A stretch of 64,000 bases of DNA from an uncultured Pelagibacteraceae bacterium (GTDB lineage Bacteria; Pseudomonadota; Alphaproteobacteria; Pelagibacterales; Pelagibacteraceae): contig CACJVG010000003.1 of the NCBI GenBank assembly GCA_902596785.1, positions 874 to 64,873 on the forward strand, written 5' to 3'. A program made the translations under genes and the position numbers. Of the stretch, positions 48,437 through 56,847 are shown piece by piece; position 1 is the first letter of the stretch, and every line of letters begins with the position of its first letter. The notes beneath the pieces are model-generated. The model was given only the letters and a program-made list of their open reading frames with translations, was not told the origin of the DNA and did no database searches.

Positions 48437-49349
48437 AAAAATTTATCGCTTTTTTAACTATAAAATTACTAACTCTTATATTTGACTCTGTTGTGACACC
48501 TGAAATATGAGGTGTTAAAATACAATTCATTTCAGATGTTATTCTTTCGTATAAATCTTTTTTAATAGGTTCATTTTCAAAAACATCTAATGCAAATCCT
48601 GAAATTAGATTTTGATCATAAGCATCTATAAGATCATTCTCATTTACAACACTACCTCTTGAAGTATTAATTATTATTGGTTGTTTTTGCATTTTAGAGA
48701 AAGAAGACTTGTTTATTAGATTTTTTGTCTCTTCGGTTAATGGTAAGTGTAAAGAAATAATATCTGCATCTTTAAATACATTTTCTAATGAAGATAATTT
48801 ATAATTTTTCTCATTATCATCTAATTTTTTAATGTAAGGATCATAAGCCAAAACATTTAGGCCATTTTTCAAACTATAGTCTGCAACCTTTCTACCGATG
48901 GTACCAAAACCTACTATTCCAATACATTTTCCATTTATTTCAGCAGATTTAATTGTAGTTCTAGGCCAATTACCTTTGACCGTTCCATTATGAAACATAG
49001 GAATTTTTTTTATCAAAAACATCGAGGATGAAATTACATACTCTGCTACAGAATCTGCATTCATACCAGTTGCTGGTTGGACATGAATATTTTTGCTTTT
49101 ACAAAATTCAGTATCAATATTATCTAAACCAACACCTAATCTTCCAATGAATTTTAAATTTTTTGCGTTAGATAAAATATTTTTATTAACCTGGGTTTTG
49201 TTTCTAACAATTAAACCATCATAATCTTTAATTATCTCTAAAAGTTCCTCTTCTTTTTCCCAGAGCTTTTCATCAAATTTGATTTCAAAATTATTATTTA
49301 AGTCGTCTAAACTATTCTTATTAATAAATTCAGTTATCAAAATTTTCAT
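48429..49349 (-). CDS. D-2-hydroxyacid dehydrogenase, SlcC ((S)-sulfolactate dehydrogenase)-like
   Basis: ILITEF, LIVRNKTQV, GRLGVGLDNID, PATGMNA.SVAEYV, TPHISGVT.ESN.RVS. Confidence 0.8.
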   Translation of the reverse strand: MKILITEFINKNSLDDLNNNFEIKFDEKLWEKEEELLEIIKDYDGLIVRNKTQVNKNILSNAKNLKFIGRLGVGLDNIDTEFCKSKNIHVQPATGMNADSVAEYVISSSMFLIKKIPMFHNGTVKGNWPRTTIKSAEINGKCIGIVGFGTIGRKVADYSLKNGLNVLAYDPYIKKLDDNEKNYKLSSLENVFKDADIISLHLPLTEETKNLINKSSFSKMQKQPIIINTSRGSVVNENDLIDAYDQNLISGFALDVFENEPIKKDLYERITSEMNCILTPHISGVTTESNIRVSNFIVKKAINFFK

Positions 49350-49366
49350 AATTAATAATTGATATT

Positions 49367-50350
49367 TTAAATTAGTTTAGACAAATCCCTTTTATTTGTT
49401 TTAAAAGTAGGAAGAGGATATTTAAAAGCATATTTACGTGGAATACATTTTTCTTTTGCTTTTTCCCAGAGTGCTAACCATTGTTTAAAATTCTGAATTT
49501 TGAGATTTTTTTTATTTTTACTTCTTACATAGAAATTCGGTAGCGGATCTCTTCCAGAAGGTTGGCCAGCTACATTATATCTAAGGTCCGCACTTATTCT
49601 AAAATCATTTGATCTGTTCGGTAGAGAACAATGAATTGAATGTTTGTGTAAAAGAATTACATCTCCAACATCTGCTTCTAAGTGAATATGTTGCATTTTA
49701 TCCAGTAATTTGCTGTCTTTAATTTCTACTTGCCCTCTATAACCAGCAATATGGTTTAATAATCCCATTTTATTAATTTTCTTAACAGTAATCATGCAAC
49801 CATTTTTTTTAGTAGTTTTTGTAAAAGGTATCCATACAGTAACCATGTCGGTTAATTTTTGTCCTTTAGTATTGAGAACAGCGGCATCCTGATGCCAGGG
49901 TGTTCGTCCACTTAAACCATCAAAAACAGAACCTTTTGGCAATTTTTTTTCAGGCTGTTTAATTCTAGTATTTTGTACTGGATTAGACATGATTTCTTTA
50001 CCCAAAATTTTTTCAACAACATCTAAAATGTTTTTATTATTAATTAAATTCCATAAAGATTGAGTAGCAAAATAATCACTATCTTTCTTAACGTGATCTC
50101 TTGGTAATCTAGTATTAAAATACTGATCTAAATCATCAATTTTTAATTTTGATATATAAGAATATTTTTTTTTAAAATCTAAATTAAGAACTTTTTTTAC
50201 ATCCTTTTTTTTTGCAAATTTTTGAATTAAACAATCCATTACAAATTCCATATCATTAAGGATTGGCTTTAAATCTCTTTGAAAGTTAAGTACGTTTTTT
50301 ACTTTCAAATACCCTTGTTCAAATAATTTGTTTTTAAGATTATTTACCAT
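49367..50350 (-). CDS. Phytanoyl-CoA dioxygenase (PhyH)-family 2OG/Fe(II) dioxygenase
   Basis: TPWHQD, VTVWIP, NGCM, GDVILLH..IHCS.PN, RIS.DLRY. Confidence 0.88.
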   Translation of the reverse strand: MVNNLKNKLFEQGYLKVKNVLNFQRDLKPILNDMEFVMDCLIQKFAKKKDVKKVLNLDFKKKYSYISKLKIDDLDQYFNTRLPRDHVKKDSDYFATQSLWNLINNKNILDVVEKILGKEIMSNPVQNTRIKQPEKKLPKGSVFDGLSGRTPWHQDAAVLNTKGQKLTDMVTVWIPFTKTTKKNGCMITVKKINKMGLLNHIAGYRGQVEIKDSKLLDKMQHIHLEADVGDVILLHKHSIHCSLPNRSNDFRISADLRYNVAGQPSGRDPLPNFYVRSKNKKNLKIQNFKQWLALWEKAKEKCIPRKYAFKYPLPTFKTNKRDLSKLI

Positions 50351-50381
50351 TAATAGAAACTAGTAGAATTTAGTGATAATA

Positions 50382-51254
50382 TCAATTCTTAGGAGCAGTT
50401 GTTAAATAGTTTGCGTCATGAAAAGAAGTTAACATTCTTTTCTTGGTATTGATGATGTGCGGATAGTAAGCTGTTCCTTTATAATTCCAAATAACTGGCT
50501 TATTAAGAGCATAACTTCCATAAATAAAAAATCTTTTTGGACAGTTGTGTTCTATAAAACGTTTAACCCCATGATAAGAATTTGGTGTAGATTGAAAAAA
50601 TACCACAGTCCCTTTCTTTGGGGTGAAAGCTTTGACTACTTCCAGTTCACCTATTTTTGGAAATCTTCTGAAACTTTTTCTTAAATTTTTCTTAGATTTT
50701 TTTCTATAAATTGTAAGTGATCCTCCATTTTTTTTTGGAATATCTGTCAGGTAAATTAAGAAATTATACAATCTTGTGATGTCATCTCTATGAGGACGTA
50801 ATCTATATCCTCCTTTAGAAACTGAAAAATCAATATCTAAATTAACTTTTGGGTTAGTGTAATTATTTCCTAACAATTTTTTTAATTCGCTTGAATTTAG
50901 TTTCTTTTTAATAGTAAATTTTTTTTGATTAAATATTTTTGGTTTGTGAGTGTTTGTCCAAGATCCATCTTTAAAATTTTTAGAAAAAAGAGTTTCAATT
51001 TTTTTATAAAAAGTTTTGCTATTAAAAAGTTTAAATAGTTTTGCAGAATTATTTGAAGATTTAATATAGTTATTAAAATTTTTTGAGCCTTTGTTAATTC
51101 TGCTTCGACCACCCATAATCATGTCGTCAAAGGCTTTAGATTTACTAATCTCATCAATTAATAAATTACAAGTATTTTTCTCAACAACTTTATCTCCAAC
51201 CAATACAGGAAAATTACTTTTAATTTTTTTTAATCGATTGATTTTAAGCATCAA
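50382..51254 (-). CDS. 2OG-Fe(II) oxygenase superfamily protein
   Basis: GYRLRPHRD, FLIYL, GGSL, VFF.ST.NSYHGV, R.FIY. Confidence 0.8.
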   Translation of the reverse strand: MMLKINRLKKIKSNFPVLVGDKVVEKNTCNLLIDEISKSKAFDDMIMGGRSRINKGSKNFNNYIKSSNNSAKLFKLFNSKTFYKKIETLFSKNFKDGSWTNTHKPKIFNQKKFTIKKKLNSSELKKLLGNNYTNPKVNLDIDFSVSKGGYRLRPHRDDITRLYNFLIYLTDIPKKNGGSLTIYRKKSKKNLRKSFRRFPKIGELEVVKAFTPKKGTVVFFQSTPNSYHGVKRFIEHNCPKRFFIYGSYALNKPVIWNYKGTAYYPHIINTKKRMLTSFHDANYLTTAPKN

Positions 51255-52195
51255 CTATACATACCTTCTTTAACCTTAATCATTTTATACATCAGGTCAT
51301 TTAAAGGTGTTTTTACTCCATGTTTTTTTCCTATTTTAGAAACTGCTCCACTAATAAAATCAATTTCAGTTTTTCTTTTGTACTGAACATCAAAAGCCAT
51401 TGAAGATTTGTTAGTTTGCATAGAATCTACAATTTTATTGAACATAAATAGACATTCATTTTCAGAAACATTAACTCCATCAGCAAGTGCCACTTCTCTT
51501 GTCTCTAAAATGATTTCTTTACCAAGTCCTCTTGAAACATCATTAGCCTTATTATTTACGTAAAGATCAGTGTGATGTAGATCAAATATAGCTGAAAGAG
51601 GACCTATTGCTGTTAGAGCAAAAAGCTTCATCCATTTTCTTTTTTTTACATCTTCAGCTGCAATCATTTCAAGATTATGTGCAGTAAAAGTATCAGCTAT
51701 TTCCGTAATTCTCTTTGTTATTCCTCCTTCATATTCTCCAATCCATGAAGGTAATGCGCCATGGTTCATTATATGACCTGGTCCTAAAATATTTGAAGCT
51801 TGCGTCGTTGTTCCACCGATTACCTTTTCATTTCCAACGATACTTTGAATTATTGCCTCATGGCCAATCCCATTTTGAAATGACATGAAGACTGTTTTTT
51901 CACCAATAATATTTTTAATACTTTTTAATGCTGGTTCTAATGCAGTTGCTTTACACATAACAATCACTGCATCCATTTTATCTAACGATGATGGATCTGA
52001 AGTAGCATTAACTTTAATTATACGATCTCCTCCATGACCATCCATTTTTAAACCATCTTTATTAATTGCATCAACATGTTCTTTCCAAACATCAATTAAA
52101 GTTACATTTAAACCTTTTTCAGCTAGCAACCCTCCAAACAGACATCCCATTGCACCTGCACCTAATACAGCTACTTTTAAATCTTTATTTATCAT
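51251..52195 (-). CDS. Ketopantoate reductase family (PanE/ApbA-like)
   Basis: GAGAMG, CKA, FQNGIG, W.KL, NKSSM..D...R.TEIDFI.G. Confidence 0.88.
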   Translation of the reverse strand: MINKDLKVAVLGAGAMGCLFGGLLAEKGLNVTLIDVWKEHVDAINKDGLKMDGHGGDRIIKVNATSDPSSLDKMDAVIVMCKATALEPALKSIKNIIGEKTVFMSFQNGIGHEAIIQSIVGNEKVIGGTTTQASNILGPGHIMNHGALPSWIGEYEGGITKRITEIADTFTAHNLEMIAAEDVKKRKWMKLFALTAIGPLSAIFDLHHTDLYVNNKANDVSRGLGKEIILETREVALADGVNVSENECLFMFNKIVDSMQTNKSSMAFDVQYKRKTEIDFISGAVSKIGKKHGVKTPLNDLMYKMIKVKEGMYS

Positions 52196-52283
52196 CGTTA
52201 CCTTTTTTAAAATTATTTATGTATAGAAATTATATATATTATCTATAGACAATATGCAAAATAAATTATAGCTTATTAACATT

Positions 52284-53261
52284 ATGCAATTAAAAATAGA
52301 AAAAGGAACTTTCACAAATCATTCACTGGAAGATATAGCGAGTGCATTAAAAAAAGGACTTTCTGAAAATTTTAAAAATGTTGAAGTCGAAGTTGTTGAT
52401 TGTCCTAATCTTCGTGAATGGGATTGTCCATCTGAAGGAATAAGTGGTAACCAAAAAATCATAGATGTTGGTGGAGAGCCATACATGCATGATCCTAATT
52501 TTATTGGTGCAGAATTTGATTACGAAGAAATTTCAAAAATGATCGGATCAAAAAAATCTTATGCTTTAGGTGCAGGATCTGGTGCAATGTCGTGTTTGGA
52601 TGGTCACTGTGGTGAATTAGTAATTAATGAAAATTTAATTACTGATGAGTCTAGATCTATAATTGCAAGAGTAAGTCCTGATAAAAAATGTATCGTTGAA
52701 AAATATAGCGCAAGAAAGCATGGTGGACTTGGAAATATTTATTATACCGATGGTAAACAAGGAAAAGTAATTAAAATAAAAATTAAAGGAAGATCAGGAG
52801 ATCAAGGTTCATTGCCACAAGCAATGAGGTCTTCATTATCAAATAATTTAAATCTTAAAGCAAATGAACAGATTGCTCTTGCAGGTGTATTTAGAATTCT
52901 AGAGGGAAAAGTAAGATCTCATGTTCAACCAGATTATAAAGATATCAAACATGAATACTATGATCCAAAACAAATGAAGTGTGTAAAAGATTTTCTTCAA
53001 TTTTATGAACCTGTTGGTCCAAAGTTACAGTGTTATACAGTTCTTTGGACTGGAGATCCTACAGGAGGGGAGTTAAATTTAAGAGAGTCTGGTGAACATA
53101 CTCACTTTCATTCTTATGAACATGATAAAGACGCTGGACATTATCATTTTGATGTCACACCTGAAGAAATAGAATATGAAGGTTATTTTAATACTGCTAC
53201 TGAAGTACATAGAGTAAATAACATTTATAAAGAACTATTAAGTAAAAATAGTATTGAATAG
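52284..53261 (+). CDS. PTD012/C11orf54 (DUF1907)-family Zn protein
   Basis: GL..NF..V.V.VVDCP.L, GISG..I.DVGG.PY, GAG.G, HV.PD, LR..EHTHF.S..GHYHFDVTPE.IEYEGYF (HxH...H zinc site). Confidence 0.85.
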   Translation: MQLKIEKGTFTNHSLEDIASALKKGLSENFKNVEVEVVDCPNLREWDCPSEGISGNQKIIDVGGEPYMHDPNFIGAEFDYEEISKMIGSKKSYALGAGSGAMSCLDGHCGELVINENLITDESRSIIARVSPDKKCIVEKYSARKHGGLGNIYYTDGKQGKVIKIKIKGRSGDQGSLPQAMRSSLSNNLNLKANEQIALAGVFRILEGKVRSHVQPDYKDIKHEYYDPKQMKCVKDFLQFYEPVGPKLQCYTVLWTGDPTGGELNLRESGEHTHFHSYEHDKDAGHYHFDVTPEEIEYEGYFNTATEVHRVNNIYKELLSKNSIE

Positions 53262-53289
53262 AAAACTCAATGAGTTTAAATTTATTTAA

Positions 53290-53706
53290 ATGAAAAGACA
53301 GTTCAAGTATCCTAAGCACTTCGAAGAGCAAAAAAAAATTCCAAAACTTACACAAAAAAGAATTCAATTAGCAGAAATATCACTTGGAGATTTCGAAGGA
53401 AGGTTAGCTAACGAGTTATTGAATTGGTTTTCTTTAACCCCACAACATTGGATAATGTTGCATATGGTTATGCTTGCTTATTACAAAAATAAATCAATTA
53501 CAAAAAATCAATTACTTAAAGTAATCGAGAAATCATATTTAACCTCAAATGTTTATATCGATACAGCAATAAAAAAAGGTTATTTTAGAATTATAAGAAA
53601 CGAGCGAGATAAAAGATCTATATTTATTTTACCTTCAGTAATTACAATTAAAACTTTTGAGGAATTTATTGATAGGAGAGATATTCTTTATAAAGGTGTA
53701 AGATGA
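53290..53706 (+). CDS. Winged-helix (MarR-like) DNA-binding protein
   Basis: Helix-turn-helix followed by KKGYF..RNERDKRSIFI.P wing. Confidence 0.6.
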   Translation: MKRQFKYPKHFEEQKKIPKLTQKRIQLAEISLGDFEGRLANELLNWFSLTPQHWIMLHMVMLAYYKNKSITKNQLLKVIEKSYLTSNVYIDTAIKKGYFRIIRNERDKRSIFILPSVITIKTFEEFIDRRDILYKGVR

Positions 53707-54518
53707 AGAATATCTATACTTGGGCTGCAAAACCAGCAAAACGAACTTTGACTGTTGGGGATTTAAAAGCAGCAAAAGGAAAAAGAAAATTTACACAAGT
53801 TACAGCGAATAGTGTTGAAGAAGCTGAAGCCGCTGAAAAGGCAGGATTTGATATGATTATATCAAATGCAAAAAATGTAATTCCTGTAAGAGAAGGTTCA
53901 AAAAATTTATTTTTAACAGCTGCTTTAGTCTTAAATGAGTTTGTAACTGCAGAGGATATTATGCGTGGAGCTTTTAAAGCATTGGAGAATGGTGCGGATG
54001 CAGTTATGACACCAAGAAGTATGGATATAGTTGAAATGCTGGCTAAAGAAGATGTTCCAGTAATGGGACATTTAGGTTTAGTTCCAAGAAAATCTACTTG
54101 GATTGGTGGCTTAAGAGCTGTGGGTAAAACTGCTGATGAAGCATACGAACTTTTTCAAAAGTTTAAAAGATTAGAAGATGCAGGTGCTTTTTCAGCTGAG
54201 TGTGAAGTAATACCTGAAAATGTAATGGGTGAAATATCAAAGCGTACAGATATAGTTACTGTTTCATTAGGTTCAGGTAAAAATGCTGATGTAATGTATT
54301 TATTTATGGAAGATATCTGTGGTGATACAGAAAATCCCCCAAGACATTCAAAAGCATATGGAAATTTATTGAGACTTAGAAATGAAATAAAACTAGAAAG
54401 AGTAAAAGCTCTTAAGGCTTTTAAAAAAGATTCAATGAATGGAAAATTTCCAGGAAAAAAACAATCGTCTAATCTAGAAAAAAAACAATTTGAGGAATTT
54501 TTAGACCAACTTGATTAG
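53703..54518 (+). CDS. Divergent PanB-fold (ketopantoate hydroxymethyltransferase-like) protein
   Basis: VPVMGHLGLVP, GG.RAVGKT, LEDAGAF...E.IP, SLGSG..AD, D..G..PRH.K.Y, G.FP; the LVGDS motif is absent. Confidence 0.8.
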   Translation: MKNIYTWAAKPAKRTLTVGDLKAAKGKRKFTQVTANSVEEAEAAEKAGFDMIISNAKNVIPVREGSKNLFLTAALVLNEFVTAEDIMRGAFKALENGADAVMTPRSMDIVEMLAKEDVPVMGHLGLVPRKSTWIGGLRAVGKTADEAYELFQKFKRLEDAGAFSAECEVIPENVMGEISKRTDIVTVSLGSGKNADVMYLFMEDICGDTENPPRHSKAYGNLLRLRNEIKLERVKALKAFKKDSMNGKFPGKKQSSNLEKKQFEEFLDQLD

Positions 54519-55309
54519 TAAGTAGAGTTGTCGTCTTTTTTTGATAAAGAACCTTTCATTTTATCAACTGTAGCTTTAGCGCCAGCACTTAAAGCTCTTA
54601 AATCAGAAGCTATAGTTACAAAATCAAAACCTTTTTCGATCATCTTGGTAGCATATTCTGTAGTACCATTATGAATTCCTGCAAAAATATTATTTTTTTT
54701 AGCATGTTCTAGAATTCTTAAAATTTCAGAATAAGCTTTTGTAGACTCAGACCTATCAAAACCAGGTTTTTCACCTATTGCTAAACTTAAATCTGCTGGA
54801 CCAATATAAATACCATCAACACCTGGTGTAGACATTATCTCATCAAGATTTTCTAAAGACTCTTTTGTTTCTATCATTGCTAATTTTAGTATTTCTTCAT
54901 TAGCGTGATCTGCATAATCAGCTCCACCATAAATTAAACCTCTAATAGGACCAAAACTTCTGTAACCATCAGGTGGATACATACAAGCTTGAACAAAATT
55001 TTCTGCCTCTTTTTTATTACTTACCATAGGACAAACAATTCCGTAACATCCAGCATCTAAAATTTTCATTATTTGACCTGGTTCGTTCCAATTAACTCTA
55101 GCTAAAGGAGTTACATCTGTTGTTGATATTGTCTGAAGCATGGGAAGCGCATTACTGTAGTCAACTAAACCATGTTGCATATCAATAGTTAAAGAATCCC
55201 AACCTTGATGAGCCATTGCTTCGACAGAGGCTGTACTTGGAATCGCACACCAGCCGTTAATAACAGGCTTACCTTCCTTCATCATTCGTTTGATTTTATT
55301 TTTTCTCAT
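54515..55309 (-). CDS. HpcH/HpaI class II pyruvate aldolase family
   Basis: IDMQHG, RV.WN, LDAG..G..PMV, YPP.G.RS, MIET, IGPADL. Confidence 0.9.
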   Translation of the reverse strand: MRKNKIKRMMKEGKPVINGWCAIPSTASVEAMAHQGWDSLTIDMQHGLVDYSNALPMLQTISTTDVTPLARVNWNEPGQIMKILDAGCYGIVCPMVSNKKEAENFVQACMYPPDGYRSFGPIRGLIYGGADYADHANEEILKLAMIETKESLENLDEIMSTPGVDGIYIGPADLSLAIGEKPGFDRSESTKAYSEILRILEHAKKNNIFAGIHNGTTEYATKMIEKGFDFVTIASDLRALSAGAKATVDKMKGSLSKKDDNSTY

Positions 55310-55312
55310 TTT

Positions 55313-56755
55313 TTAGATTTTTAATCCCATGTGAGTGTATTTCACATTTAGATAATCTTTTATCGCCCCTGAACCACCTTCACGACCATAACCAGTTTGT
55401 TTTATTCCTCCAAAAGGTGCCTCAGCTATAGCAACAACTCCAGTATTCACTGCAACACAACCAGACTCTAATTTTTCAGATCCAATGTGAGCTTTATCCA
55501 TAGAGTTAGTGTATAAATAACTACATAATCCTAAGTCATTATCATTTGCTCTTTCAATTACTTCATCAAAAGTTTTAAAAGTTAAAATTGGAACTAGTGG
55601 ACCGAAAGGCTCTTCTCTCATAATTGTAAAATTATCTTTAACATCATCAAAGACTGTTGGTTCATAATAGTATCCCTTGTTGAATCCAGAAGGTCTTTGT
55701 CCACCCATTAATACTTTTGCTCCTTCTTTTTTAGTAGTTTCAACTAGTTTTTCTATTTCTTCCAATCTTTTAGCGGTAGTTAAAGGTCCAAGATCCACAC
55801 CTTCGTCCATACCGTTTCCAATTTTTAATTTTTTTGCCCTTTCAATAAAAGCATTAACAAAATCCTCTTTTCTGTTTTCTTGGATATAAAATCTATTAGG
55901 TGAAATACAGACTTGACCGTTATTTCTAAATTTACCAGTTATTGCTATATCAGCTACTTTGTTCATATCTACATCTTCACATACAATAAAAGGAGAGTGT
56001 CCGCTTAGCTCCATAGTAACTCTTTGGACTTTATCAGCTGCTTTTTTTAAAATAATTTTACCAACTCTAGTTGATCCAGTAACTGAAACTTTTTTAATTA
56101 TATCAGACTCCATTAATTCATTTGATATTTCAGCAGGATCACCTGACAAAAGACTTACAACACCATCAGGTACTCCAGCTTCTTTACAAATGTTTACTAA
56201 TTCCATTACAGCACCAGGAGTAATTACATCTGGCTTACAAATTACAGAACATCCTGCAGCTAGGGCAGTAGAAATTTTTCTAGATGCTAAAACTATTGGG
56301 AAATTCCAAGGAACTAAAGCTGCAACAACTCCTACAGGTTGATAATAAACATGAACTCTAGTATCTGGAAATCTACTTTGTTGTGTTTGTCCATAAATTC
56401 TTTTTGTTTCTTCAGCATTCCACTCAAAAATATCAGCTCCACCACCAACTTCACCAACTGCTTCTGCAAGAGGCTTTCCAACTTCAAGAGTTAACCATTT
56501 TGCTATAACATCTTTTTTTTCTCTCATCATGTCTGCAATTTTTCTAAGCACGTAAGCTCTTTGCCATGGCGCAGTGTTTTTCCAAACTTCCAAACCTTTT
56601 TCTGCAGACTTTAATGCTTTTTGTACTTCAATAGATGAAGCTTTTGATGCTTTTCCAATTACTTCTTCTGTTGCAGGGTTGATTACGTCGTAAGTTTCTT
56701 TTTTTTCAGCTTGTTGCCATTTACCTTCAATGAATTGTCCAAATTTTTCGTACAT
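55313..56755 (-). CDS. NAD(P)-dependent aldehyde dehydrogenase (succinate-/2-oxoglutarate-semialdehyde dehydrogenase-like)
   Basis: PWNFP, TGST, MELSG, NNGQVCIS, EEPFGP, PFGGIKQTGYGREG. Confidence 0.9.
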   Translation of the reverse strand: MYEKFGQFIEGKWQQAEKKETYDVINPATEEVIGKASKASSIEVQKALKSAEKGLEVWKNTAPWQRAYVLRKIADMMREKKDVIAKWLTLEVGKPLAEAVGEVGGGADIFEWNAEETKRIYGQTQQSRFPDTRVHVYYQPVGVVAALVPWNFPIVLASRKISTALAAGCSVICKPDVITPGAVMELVNICKEAGVPDGVVSLLSGDPAEISNELMESDIIKKVSVTGSTRVGKIILKKAADKVQRVTMELSGHSPFIVCEDVDMNKVADIAITGKFRNNGQVCISPNRFYIQENRKEDFVNAFIERAKKLKIGNGMDEGVDLGPLTTAKRLEEIEKLVETTKKEGAKVLMGGQRPSGFNKGYYYEPTVFDDVKDNFTIMREEPFGPLVPILTFKTFDEVIERANDNDLGLCSYLYTNSMDKAHIGSEKLESGCVAVNTGVVAIAEAPFGGIKQTGYGREGGSGAIKDYLNVKYTHMGLKI

Positions 56756-56847
56756 AGAATTTATTTTTAAGTTTACTTAATTAGGTTTTTTAATTTATAA
56801 ATAGAATTATATATAAACATTATACATATTAAAAGATAAACATATTT

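Noticed and set aside
50190-50220. Long A/T homopolymers (e.g. T9 near 50205, A-runs in thiS) as phase-variation tracts
   Set aside because: Common Lys/Phe codon runs in a very AT-rich genome; reading frames are intact except in msrQ.
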